From Bilabrum cf. latius (Eukaryota): a DNA stretch of 64,000 nt. The position numbers were made by a program, and so were the translations under genes. Below the pieces are notes generated by a model. It was not told where the DNA came from. It searched no databases and saw only the letters and a list, made by a program, of their open reading frames with translations. The DNA lies in contig OZ237742.1 of the NCBI GenBank assembly GCA_965178125.1, positions 310,001 to 374,000 of the forward strand, written 5' to 3'. Shown piece after piece: positions 12,518 through 23,200 of the stretch (within the stretch, counting starts at the first letter, position 1; every line of letters starts with the position of its first letter).

Positions 12518-14098
12518 ATGGCGCATAGTGGGGCCGAGTCAGTCGAAGTGATCGATCTCGTGAGCGATGACGACGGGGCCTCTGTGAGTGGCGGCCAGAT
12601 GTGTACTTCGGCTAGCCGTGGTTGCTCTGCTGCATCACTTGTGTTACACAGCTGGAAATAGCACATGTGTGCTACACAGCGGAAGAGGAGGGAGCACCCT
12701 CGGCCCGGGGATGTCGCTGGTGGACCCATGGCGATTGTACGAATGGCATCCATCAGCAGATTACCGCAGTAGATGGCCGGGCCCGCAATGCCAGTGGAAG
12801 CAGTTCAACAAGTTGCTGGCATAAGTCCAAGTGAGACTGGCAGTGCCTCGGTGGGCCAAAAGCGCTCACGGACTGAGCAGCCTGAGGCAAGCGGTAACGA
12901 GCAGTCGGTAGATAGGAAGAATGGAAGCGACGCGAAGAGACGGCGGGGGGAAGTAGTTAGATATAATAGTACAAGTAGGTTTGAGTGCGAGGTATGCGGG
13001 AAGGTTCTGACCACTTAGAGCAGCTTGACGCAGCATGTGTTGACTGTGCATCTAGGCGAGCGCAAGCACCAGTGCAGCGTGTGCGGGAAGGCTTTTGGTC
13101 ATGCAGGCAGTCTCAAGAGGCACATATCTGTGGTGCATCTGGGCGAGCGCAAGCACCAGTGCAGCGTGTGCAGGAAGCGCTTCGGGGAGGCAGGCGATCT
13201 CAAGAAGCACATGTCCACCGTGCATTTTGACGAGCGCAAGCACCAGTGCAGCGTGTGCGGGAAGGCTTTTGGTCATGCTGGCAGTCTCAAGAGGCACATG
13301 TCCACCGTGCATCTGGGCGAGCGCAAGCACCAGTGCAGCGTGTGCGGGAAGGCTTTTGGTCGTGCAGGCAATCTCAAGAAGCACATGTCTGCAGTGCATC
13401 TGGGCGAGCGCAAGCACCAGTGCAGCGTGTGCGGGAAGGCATTCGGGGAGGGAGGCAGTCTCAAGACGCACATGTCCACCGTGCATTTTGACGAGCGCAA
13501 GCACCAGTGCAGCGTGTGCGGGAAGGCCTTTGGTCATGCAGGCAGTCTCAAGACGCACATATCTGTGGTGCATCTGGGCGAGCGCAAGCACCAGTGCAGC
13601 GTGTGCGGGAAGGCCTTTGGTCGTGCAGGCAATCTCAAGACGCACATATCTGTGGTGCATTTTGACGAGCGCAAGCACCAGTGCAGCGTGTGCGGGAAGG
13701 CTTTTGGTCATGCAGGCAATCTCAAGAAGCACATGTCTGCAGTGCATCTGGGCGAGCGCAAGCACCAGTGCAGCGTGTGCGGGAAGGCATTCGGGGAGGG
13801 AGGCAGTCTCAAGACGCACATGTCCACCGTGCATTTTGACGAGCGCAAGCACCAGTGCAGCGTGTGCGGGAAGGCTTTTGGTCATGCAGGCAGTCTCAAG
13901 AGGCACATGTCCACCGTGCATCTGGGCGAGCGCAAGCACCAGTGCAGCGTGTGCGGGAAGGCTTTTGGTCATGCAGGCAATCTCAAGAAGCACATGTCTG
14001 CAGTGCATCTGGACGAGCGCAAGCACCAGTGCAGCGTGTGCGGGAAGGCTTTTGGTCATGCAGGCAACCTCAAGAGGCACTTGCAAAGATGCTGTTGA
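12518..14098 (+). CDS. C2H2 zinc-finger array protein (1 divergent finger + 12 near-identical fingers); possible phase-0 intron 12584-12769
   Basis: ATG at 12518; VEVIDLVSDDD is a SIM-like motif. The first finger CEVCGKVLTT[TAG]SSLTQH keeps the canonical C-x2-C-x12-H spacing only if TAG 13016-13018 is an amino acid. It is followed by 12 x HQCSVCGKAFGxAGxLKxH. Ends in TGA. Confidence 0.9.
13049..14080 (+). repeat. 87-nt coding minisatellite (12 units, one 29-aa C2H2 finger each)
   Basis: Units start at 13049, 13136 and so on, each with an invariant gagcgcaagcaccagtgcagcgtgtgc core. Confidence 0.95.
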
Positions 14099-14131
14099 TC
14101 CCTGCAAGGGGGTCATTTGCGTATTCCCAGG

Positions 14132-14342
14132 GCTCTGCTAATACCTGTAGCGCACTCGACGCTTTGGCCGTCTCAAGGAATTGAGCTCTGCTAATACCTG
14201 TAGTGCACTCGACGCTTTGGCCGTCTCAAGGAATTGAGCTCTGCTAATACCTGTAGCGCACTCGACGCTTTGGCCGTCTCAAGGAATTGAGCTCTGCTAA
14301 TACCTGTAGCGCACTCGACGCTTTGGCCGTCTCAAGGAATTG
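14132..14342. repeat. Non-coding 53-bp tandem repeat, 4 copies
   Basis: Unit gctctgctaatacctgtagcgcactcgacgctttggccgtctcaaggaattga at 14132, 14185, 14238 and 14291. Copy 2 has one C>T change. No spacers. Confidence 0.95.
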
Positions 14343-14537
14343 GCGCCGAGTGGTGGTCGCGTATTGATGGTTTGTCCGGCCTCTGCGAATTTCCTAGAGT
14401 GGAGATACCGTTGCTGGCCATAGCGCTGTGAACAGACCTCCCAGTCCTCTCACGGGAGCTTGGTGGCTGGCGGGGCACTCACAATCAAGTGTACCAATTC
14501 TCTCATCCGTTCAATCTCCTGAAGAGCCGCCCACCGC

Positions 14538-16055
14538 TCAGCCATGCACCCCATCCACGGCCTCGTACACCAGCCCGAACTCCTGCTCAGCCGTCCGCAG
14601 CATCGCCCGCAGCCTCCCCACCTCCTCCTGCAGCCTCGCTGCCTTGGCGTCCGACTCCACCAACCTCCCTGCCAGGCTCCTCACCTCCCCCTCCAGCGCT
14701 TGCGCCTGTCTCCCGTGTCGCTGCGCCTCAGACGCACCCCTCCTCTCAGACGCCTCCAGCAGAGCCTGTAGCTCGCCGCAGCGCGCCTGCAATCGCCCCT
14801 GCTCAGCCCCCGCCGCCGCCTCTATGGCCTCCGCCCGAGCTCCAGCCACCGCGGCCTCGCTGCGCCCCCGCGCCCGTTCCTCCTCAAGCACTCCCTGAAG
14901 CTCGGCCACACGGTCCGCTAGCCTGCCCATCGCCGCAGCCCTGTCCGCGCTCTGCTCCTGGCTGGCCTGCAGCCGGGCCCTCAGCGAGTCTGACTCGGCC
15001 TCCATGCGGCTGGCCCGTGCACTCGCAGCGGCCGCCTGCCTCCTCGCGGCGTCCCTCTCGGCCTTTGCCTCTTGCAGCAGCTCCCGCTGCTCCGCGAGAT
15101 CTGCCTCCCAGCCCCTCCTCTCCTGCGCGGCCCGGTCTGCCCGCCGGCCGATCTCGTCTCGCAGTGCGTCCAGCCGCGCCTCGGCCTCCCTGCCCTGCCT
15201 CCTGAGCGCCTGCTCTGCCGCCGCCAGTCCTGTCTCGGCGCTCACCTTGTCTCTGCTGAGGGCGAGGATGCGGCCCCGGAGCTGCTGCCCGTCGTCCTGC
15301 CAGTGCCGCCGCACGGCCTCGAGCTCGGCGCGCACGGAGCGGGAGGGAAGCAGCGCCACCTCGGAGGAGAGGCCCGGATCTTCGTACTCCCCCGACCGGC
15401 GAACCCCGCTGGCACTTCCCCGTGGGGATCGAAACGCCACAGAAGGAGATCGAGATCGCGATCGACCGCCGGGCGAGTGCCGAGGTGAGCCGAACCGGGC
15501 GTCGTCTCGAATCGCCGGCATCGGGCTGCTTACGATATAATCCCGGATGGTTCTATTCCCTGCGAATTCGTTCGCAGCCCTCCGTCCATGGTCGGCTCCA
15601 TACCCTCCCCGAGGGCCTACCGAGGTCGTTCGCATCGGGCTGCCGAACGATCTCTTGTCGTGCGGTGTCTGCGGTGCCGTCGCAGGCTTGCTTCTGCGGA
15701 CCCGATCGGGATCTAAGGATGGAAATGTTGGCTATTCTACCGCACTTCCTGCGTGGGTTCTGGCGTTCCCGCGTGGCTCGCTGTGAGGATCGTACTATTC
15801 CTGCGGTGCCTGCGTTCCTCTCGACTGCTGCGGCGAGCCAACGGATTTGCCCCGCCCATCCGTTGTCTGCGCCGCTTCACCTTGATGGAGTTGATCGATT
15901 CCCACTGCGTCCGCGATTCCGTTGTCGCTGCGCTTGTCCGCCTTGCTGCTTCCATGTTCGGACCCAAAGTCAACGGACCCGCCTTGCTGCCCCAGCAGGC
16001 CAGGCGGCGGCTTTTGAACCCTACGAGGTCCAGGCGCTTGGACAGACGAACTCAT
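14538..16055 (-). CDS. Hypothetical coiled-coil protein (~505 aa, 2 in-frame TAG)
   Basis: ORFs 15795-16271 and 14538-15635 are in one frame, joined through two TAG. ATG at 16055 (MSSSVQAPG). Long E/R/A/Q heptad-rich C-terminal half. Ends in TGA. Confidence 0.7.
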
Positions 16056-16697
16056 TGGAAACAACGTGTGCCGCTTGATATTAGCAGGGATCGTATCGGG
16101 ATTGATTACGAAAGTTAAAGCTTGCAGTGAAACAATCCGGATTTCGCTCGCAACACGCCACTGCCAGTGGCAGGATTTCCTGTTCGTCGCATGCAAGTTG
16201 TCGCTGCAATCGGGCGGGTCCAGTTCACGTCGCGTGGCGTGGGCAGAGCCCAGCGGTACTCGAACTGGCACAGGGCGGATTTACTTTCGTTGCCTTAGCA
16301 TTTCGCAATGAGGTGGCATGTGGTTCGCAGTCACCTGCGGTGGTCGCAAAGCCTGATGATGAGGCCGGTCGCCATCAGTGCCAGTGACGGACCCAAATGA
16401 GGGCGCTAGTGCAATCAACATGTCTATGAGCGAGGCAGTGAAATTTTGAATATCCAGTGTGAGCTAGTCGCGCGATGAATCGGTGCCTGACAATCAGGTC
16501 ATCAGGCACGTTCGCCTCGTCACCTGCCAGTGCGAGTGGGCTAGGGGGCAAGGGTGCCAGTGGATCGCCAGGCCACTCTGCCTGCTTCAATCAGATAAAC
16601 AGAACTTGTAGTTCATGTGCATTCGCTGAAATAGCATCAACATATCGTTTAGCTGGCGCATTGATGAGGCGGGTGTGACTGAGTGCAGCCTCCCGGC

Positions 16698-17201
16698 TCA
16701 ATCCCACTCGGTGCTGTTCATCATCCTCGACGTCATGGCTTTCTCCTGTTCTTCCTCGACACCCTCGCCCACCACAAAAGTGTCAAGGTTGTCTTCGTCT
16801 GAGTCTTCACTTCTACTCTCGGCCTGTGCAGCTTCGTGCTCCTCGCCAAGGTGTGGCATACCCATTCCAAGCTTACCGTCACGAGCGTGGGACTGCATCA
16901 CGCCAATATCCCGCAGCAGATTCTCTTTCTTCTTTAAAAGTCCTGAAAGAACATGGGCTGCAGTCGACCCAGCAGACGCACCTCCGAGCCACGCCTGTCG
17001 GTCCGATTCAGCGAGAGGCAGCGAGTCTATCCGTGATGCACTCGCTCCCGCTGCAGCTCGTCGCAGGAGTGAAATCAGCATAGTAGTACTTTCCACGTCT
17101 TTTTCTGCGCCTACATCGCCTGGTATCCTCGACTGCAACGCGCTTTCTAGATGCTATAGTTTGGCGTCAACCTCTTGAAGGACCTCATCCAGAGAGGCCA
17201 T
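16698..17201 (-). CDS. Hypothetical protein (~167 aa)
   Basis: ATG at 17201 gives MASLDEVLQEVDAKL[TAG]HLESALQSRIPG..., continuing into ORF 16698-17138. In-frame TAA upstream; ends in TGA. Confidence 0.5.
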
Positions 17202-18024
17202 CACCCCAGACGCAAGACTTGTGTACTCTTTTAGTAGATATTATTCATGCAAATACACTCAAATCTGCTTCGTGTGTTCGCTTGCGGTGTGAAATCGACC
17301 AATTCTATTTTCACATTATTCGGAATCCGGAGCTGAAAACAATAGAATGAAAACGACTCGTCGGACATGCATACCGCGTGGAATAGAGTATTTTTGTCGC
17401 AGAATTGCATAAATATATTAAGAATGTCTGTAATCATCCGTTTAGCAAGGCAGCACATCGCCAAATCACTGGATAATCAGTTGATTGGCTCCCGACATGC
17501 CTCTGGCCATCGTTCAGCCCACTTGCCTAAACTGAGCGCATCATCCACCAGTTCGACTGATGTTGCTGCCAATCAAGAGGCACCCACTACCACACCTCTC
17601 CATCGTCGTGCACCTGTCGACATCTTCGTCACACCTCCCGAACACTCGTCACCAAGCTCGATCCTCCGGCGGAACCGACGACGGAGTCTGCATCATTTCG
17701 AGATACTAAAGAAACAAGGCAATTGCCAGTTCCCCTTCGCCAGCACATTTAAAGTGAGAATAAGTATACTTTGCAGTGTTTGACCGAACGCAGATATCGC
17801 GAGTAGCTTGGTATCGGCCTCGTTTTGACAGTTGCACTTCGAACAGGAACCTGCTTCAGCCGCCTTGCTGCTGCACCTGAGCGAGTGTACTCTCGGTCTA
17901 TGCTTCTATGCAAGTTTGCTTTTGTGTACGATTGCACATGTTCCAACGAATAGGCCACATTTTGCGAATGATCCACTTTGCACCGCGATCCTGCATTTTC
18001 ACGACCTGTCTCGGAGCACGCAGA

Positions 18025-19759
18025 ATGGCCGACCCAACACCCGCTGAGCTCGCCGAGTCCATCGCTCAACTTAGCACCGACCTGAATAACTTTTGGTTAT
18101 GTCAAGGGGGTGCAATGGTGCTCCTCATGGGGGCAGGCTTCCTGATCCTTGAGGTAAGCGGAGCCATCTGAGACTTGCCAAGCTGCGGACCAGCCGGCTG
18201 CGACATGTCTCGTCCAATCTCGATTCAACATGGTCCCTCTCGCTGGCGGGTCACTCTATGCATCCTTTGAGCACGCGTCATCATGCCAATGTCTAAGCCC
18301 TGCTTAGGAAGAGTATGTGCGAACTGCGCGCTGCGTTGCACTGGGCGCGACGCACCGCCGGGAAGCAATGTCACCATTTTTGCCGCTCCACAGTATGCCT
18401 CACTCGCAGGTAGGATCCGTCCGGGAGAAGTCCTCCATCAACATCATCTTCAAGAACATGAGCGACCTCTGCATCGCGGCCATATCCTTCTGGCTGTTCG
18501 GGTATGCCTTCTCATACGGCGACGGGGAGGACGGCCCGTTCATCGGTCGCACCGATTTCGCCCTCTCCGAGACGCAGTCGGCGGACGCGTACCCTGGGTT
18601 TCTCTTCCAGCTCGCATTCGCCGCAACTGCCGCCACGATCGTGAGCGGCAGCGTTGCGGAGCGCTGCAGCCTGCACATGTACTTCATCTACTCTGCCGTC
18701 CTGACCGGGTTCATTTACCCCGTGGTGGTGCACGCCGTGTGGGACACCGAGGGCTGGCTGACCGCGTTCAGAGATGACCCCATCCTGGGGCTGGACAGGG
18801 ACGACCCCAAGACCGGGGACGGGGGGGTCAACGGATACATCGACTACGCGGGGTCGTCGGTGGTGCACGCAGTGGGCGGTTTCGCTGGCCTGGCCGGAGC
18901 CATCGTTCTGGGTCCCCGACAGGGAAGGTTCGTGAAGGAGGACAACGCGTGGTTCGTGACCTCAGTGAACGAGAAGGACTTCAAGCCCCAGAACTACGCC
19001 TTCAACGCCCTCGGTGTGTTCCTGCTGCTCGTGGGCTGGCTGTACTTCAACGGTGCCTCCACCCTGGCCCTCGCCGACAGCAACGCTCAGCTCGTCGGGA
19101 AGGTCATGGTGGTGACCATCATCGCGGGCTGCGCCGGGGCCATCACGGCGGCCCTCATCGGCTGGCTGCGCGGCAAGAAGATGGACGTGGGTCTGCTGCT
19201 CAACGGCCTACTTGCTGGACTCGTGTCCATCACCGCGGGCTGCGCCACCATGGACCCGTGGGCCGCGCTTCTGTCGGGTATCATCGGCGGGGGAGTGTAC
19301 TACGGGAGCTCCCAGATGCTGCTTGCTCTGGGGATCGACGACCCACTTGACGCCGCCCCCGTGCACGGGTTCGCGGGCATCTGGGGCACGCTCGCGGTGG
19401 GAATCTTCAGCGAGAGGGACAATATCGCGGCGGCGTACGGCAGCGACAATGACGCGGTTGGCAGCGGGAAGCAGTTCGGCACGCAGCTGATCGGGGTGCT
19501 CTTCGTGGTTGCCTGGGCCTTTGGGATGAGTCTGATCATGTTCAAGGCGGTTGACATGACCGTGGGCGCGCGCATCAGCGAGGAGGCCGAGCGTGTGGGT
19601 CTTGACATCAGTGAGCACGGTGGCAGCGCCTACAATCGCAAGCTGGATGACTCGGAGATGGCGGGCATCGGGCCGGGCGACGAAGCACGCAAGCAGCAGG
19701 CTGCGGGTGCTGTGGCCCCCAACAGCACGGAGGAGCAGAAGGAGGCCGAAACTGCTTAA
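18025..19759 (+). CDS. AMT: Ammonium transporter (Amt/MEP), 2 exons (18025-18153, 18410-19759)
   Basis: FWLCQGGAMVLLMGAGFLILE|VGSVREKS, FQLAFAATAATIVSGSVAER, DYAGSSVVHAVGG, GW-YFNG, NGLLAGLVSIT, IDDPLDAAPVHG, GLDISEHG. GT-AG intron at 18154-18409. Ends in TAA; no in-frame TAG. Confidence 0.96.
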
Positions 19760-20211
19760 ATTGTCCTTGTTACTTACGTGCATGATAGGAGCTTCTGCGT
19801 CTTTAATGTTCCACTGTAAGGGCACATTGCGACCATCATTGCCCAGTCGTCATCGGCGCGAGTACGCGAGCAGACAAGCAGCTAAAGCTGATCCATTTTG
19901 TCTTGTGCATCCCACTTTCTCGGCACGTACTGCGTCGAGGGTGCGCGTTTTGTTTGATTTGTGCTACTGGTGAGAATTGGCGCATTGATCACGAAGTGAA
20001 GAGACTTTCAGGTTGCAACAAATTCGTCGCTCGGCGTCGGAAGACTGTCTCGCGCTCGGGAATGATATCCGCAGGCTTTAGGCCCGCATGACAATCAATG
20101 AAGACGACAGTGAATTCCTACTCATATTGTGTCGCATGCTATTGTGTCTCATTGCGCAGGTGCACGAAATCGTGCTGATCAACTTGACGCTCGTGTCTAC
20201 TGAATGTATCC

Positions 20212-23200
20212 ATGAGATTTTACGATGCGCTGCATTTGGCATCAACCGCTGCTTTCGTGTTGATTGTAGTCATTTTTGTGTTGGGCCCTCGATCCCCGAC
20301 AGCGGGATAGGCTCCAGCGGTCGTACTGTTGCAACAGCCAGTTGCCGCAGCTCTGGTCAGCGTTGGTTCTGTGATGCTCCCCGTAGCTGTGTCGTAGATG
20401 TTGCTAGCTTGGTCTGTGCGATTATCGTTTGTTTATGGAAGCTCTCAGCGTGTCGTCACTGCGGCTACCGGGACAACTGCGGACAACCCGCCGCAGGTCG
20501 AGCAGCTCAGGGGAGGACGTCAAACCAGGCAGAACAAATACGTTAGGAATGCGCAGTCAATACCAGAATCGGCCCCATAGCGAATCAATATGGCCTCTGG
20601 GCCCTCTTATTGTTGCACGTGCTTTGCTGCTGCTGATAAGTGGCTATTGTCCCGCCAAGGCCAGGCAGTGTCAACACGCATGTCAGCATGCTGCCTGAAC
20701 GCGGTTGCCTGCTGCCTTGTGGACCCTGATCCCCGCGATGGAATTTGTATTGGCTGTCCAGCCTGCTGCTGCCTGGAGGTTGTCCGGTACCTCATTGCGG
20801 CCAACCAGCTACCTGCCACAGACAGCTCATTATCTGATTCAAACCAGAGTTCAAGTTTCGGGGTGCTTGGGCTCGACCACGACACAGCATCCCTGCATCC
20901 GGGCGGTCGATTGGACCGCATAGTTACCGATACTGAGCGTAAGCGGGGAGTCGCGGCGCCACTGCCAATAATAGGCACGAGTCTCGGGCCACTTTCTGAT
21001 GGGCGGGGCAGCTTGGACTCTGGCCAGGAGCCCGCCACGCCACGCATGGCGGACCGAGACAGAGGACCGAGCTCCGGGCAAGATCCCTTAGAATTACCTG
21101 GTCCTCATTGGGTGGGATTGGCACGGCTGCACGGCGACTCGTTGTCAGAGACTGTCAGGCGCTAGGTGCTAGAGTCGTCCGCCAACCGCACCGGCAAGAC
21201 GATACAGCTCGTAAACATTGGGATGTCGCTAGTAGCAAGTGACAATAGTGATGCAAGAGTGCATCCACAGCAAGATAGGGATGCTAGGCACCCGCAGGCT
21301 AGCGGCAGCTCCGTGCGGTCACAGCACCGCTCGCTCTATGGTGGCCACTCAACGCGGGCGGCAGACGAAAATGCACAGGTGCTGCTTGCAGCTGCTATTT
21401 CTGGTCTGCGCTGCTCGGCACGTGTTGCCGTTCCTCTCGTGGGTGCTACCGTTTCATATTCGTATGCAGTGCTCCTCGACTTGTGGCTGGGGCCTGGGAG
21501 GGGCAGCAGCGTCGCGATCGTGACCTCGATCATGTGGCCCGTGCTTGCTCCACTGAACCACGATGCCTTGATTGTTCCCTGGGTGGGCATGTAGGTCGCA
21601 TACATCGCTTGGACCATTGCCCTCTTCGCAGCAGTGAGCATGGTGGGCGATGCGTGGACCATCGGCAGGCTGGATCTGGACAAGTTCCCAGAGGAGTACA
21701 GGTATGACTTCTTCAGCCCGCTCGGCCTGAACGGAATTGGGGTGTCGCTTGACCTGCTCGGGTATGCTGTGTTTATTATCGTTGCATACCCGGCCATCGT
21801 GGGGATGGACATGGCATTCGTGGAGTGGCGCAGCGCAGCAGGGCGCGTGGATCTTCGCCGTCTGCTCCAGAAATCACGGCGCGACCAAGACGCAATTATC
21901 AGTTCGGTCGTCGATCAGGTGCCCCCCTTCGCACAAGAGTGCATGGAAGCAGGCGTCACTGCATTCGAGGCCAAGCCCGTAGTGATGGCGGTGCAGCTCG
22001 GGGGCGACGTCGGCACAGGCCAAGTATCTGCAGATAGCATGAATAGCAGCGAAAGTAGGTACCATTCAGAGGGTGCCGTGCGTCGATCGCTTGAGGACAC
22101 ACAAGAGCTGTATATGTGTATGGCACAAAGGGGGGGCACAGGATACCACATGTCTCTGCCCCAGCCGCTTTCATCCACTCAAAATGGAACGGATGATTCT
22201 TGGCAAGCCGCACGATTACGATCCAACGAGCGGCCGCTGTGCATCGGGCTCTTCTCGCGGGCATGCGATGCATACATGCAATCATTCGGTGGCGATGCTG
22301 AAACGTCAATCGCCGCGGCCTCCTTGGGAGTATTGTCAAGGCAGCAGAGGCAAGCGATCGGGCGGCTGTCACTCATTGACTGGACGCAGTTACGTGGGTG
22401 CAGGAGGACTGACCAGATCCATGCCGGGATAATGGGTGCCAATTTTGCGTCCACTGCTCCGACCTGGTTTTGTGCTCAAGGCCTGCGCACGCCTGTACGC
22501 GTTTCAAAGCCAATGCAATCGCGTACGGCTCGAGGCTTCGCCAGCTTCTCGTTTTTGCATGCTGTCCTCACATTCGCGCAGTCGTGCAGAAACGCAACGA
22601 GGCGAGGCAAGCTCCTTCGGGCTGGAATCGGATTCCCGTCCTCTTCCTAGTCATCTCTGGTTGCTGGCCTGCTTGGCTTGCGGCAGCAACCACACGAGTG
22701 GACCACCTTTGGGGGCGGGCTTCTGGAGAGCAGCCGACTCGCACAGGTAGCAGCAGGTCCGCATGATATTGAAACCAAGAATGCACACTTGATCACTGCG
22801 TCGCGTGCCGCTGTACGGCGGGTGATGAGGACAGTGGATGAAATCTTAAAGTCAATTGATGCTCTCGTCCAGTGGAACTTGGCTATATCGACCGCGGATC
22901 CGGGTGACGCTTCGCACGAAAACCGCCGGTCAATAGCAACCGAGCAGGCTCTGACTTTGGTTTCTCTACGAGAAGCCCGCTTGTTGCACCAGAGCCTACA
23001 AAAATTGCAGGCCTGGCTACAGGCAAGCATGCAGCGCGGCCAGTCTACACAACGTTCAGACCAGGGCCCCGAGCAGGGGCACGCCGACGTGCCACGCGAC
23101 CGGAAGACTGTATGTTTGCAGATAAGGTGTGCACAAGCCGTCCTCATGGCGCCAATGGCACCGGAGTGTGACCAGTTGCTTGACACAGAACAGGTCTGCA

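Noticed and set aside
12518-14098. True PRDM9 orthologue
   Set aside because: No PR/SET, KRAB or SSXRD domain is visible, and the unit is 87 nt rather than 84 nt. The resemblance is in evolutionary pattern only.
13052-14141. Long antisense and alternate-frame ORFs over the zinc-finger array
   Set aside because: They are by-products of a stop-free repeat unit and show no independent protein features.
14132-14342. CRISPR array
   Set aside because: Contiguous identical units with no unique spacers, no cas genes, and a eukaryotic context.
17210-18020. AT-richer stretch as a possible gene, mobile element or endogenous virus fragment
   Set aside because: No recognisable domain, terminal repeats or target-site duplication. 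It is most simply the divergent intergenic region upstream of AMT.
19757-19759. Ciliate-type code (both TAA and TAG = Gln)
   Set aside because: TAA ends the AMT gene and two other models directly before AT-richer intergenic DNA, and it was never seen inside a coding frame.
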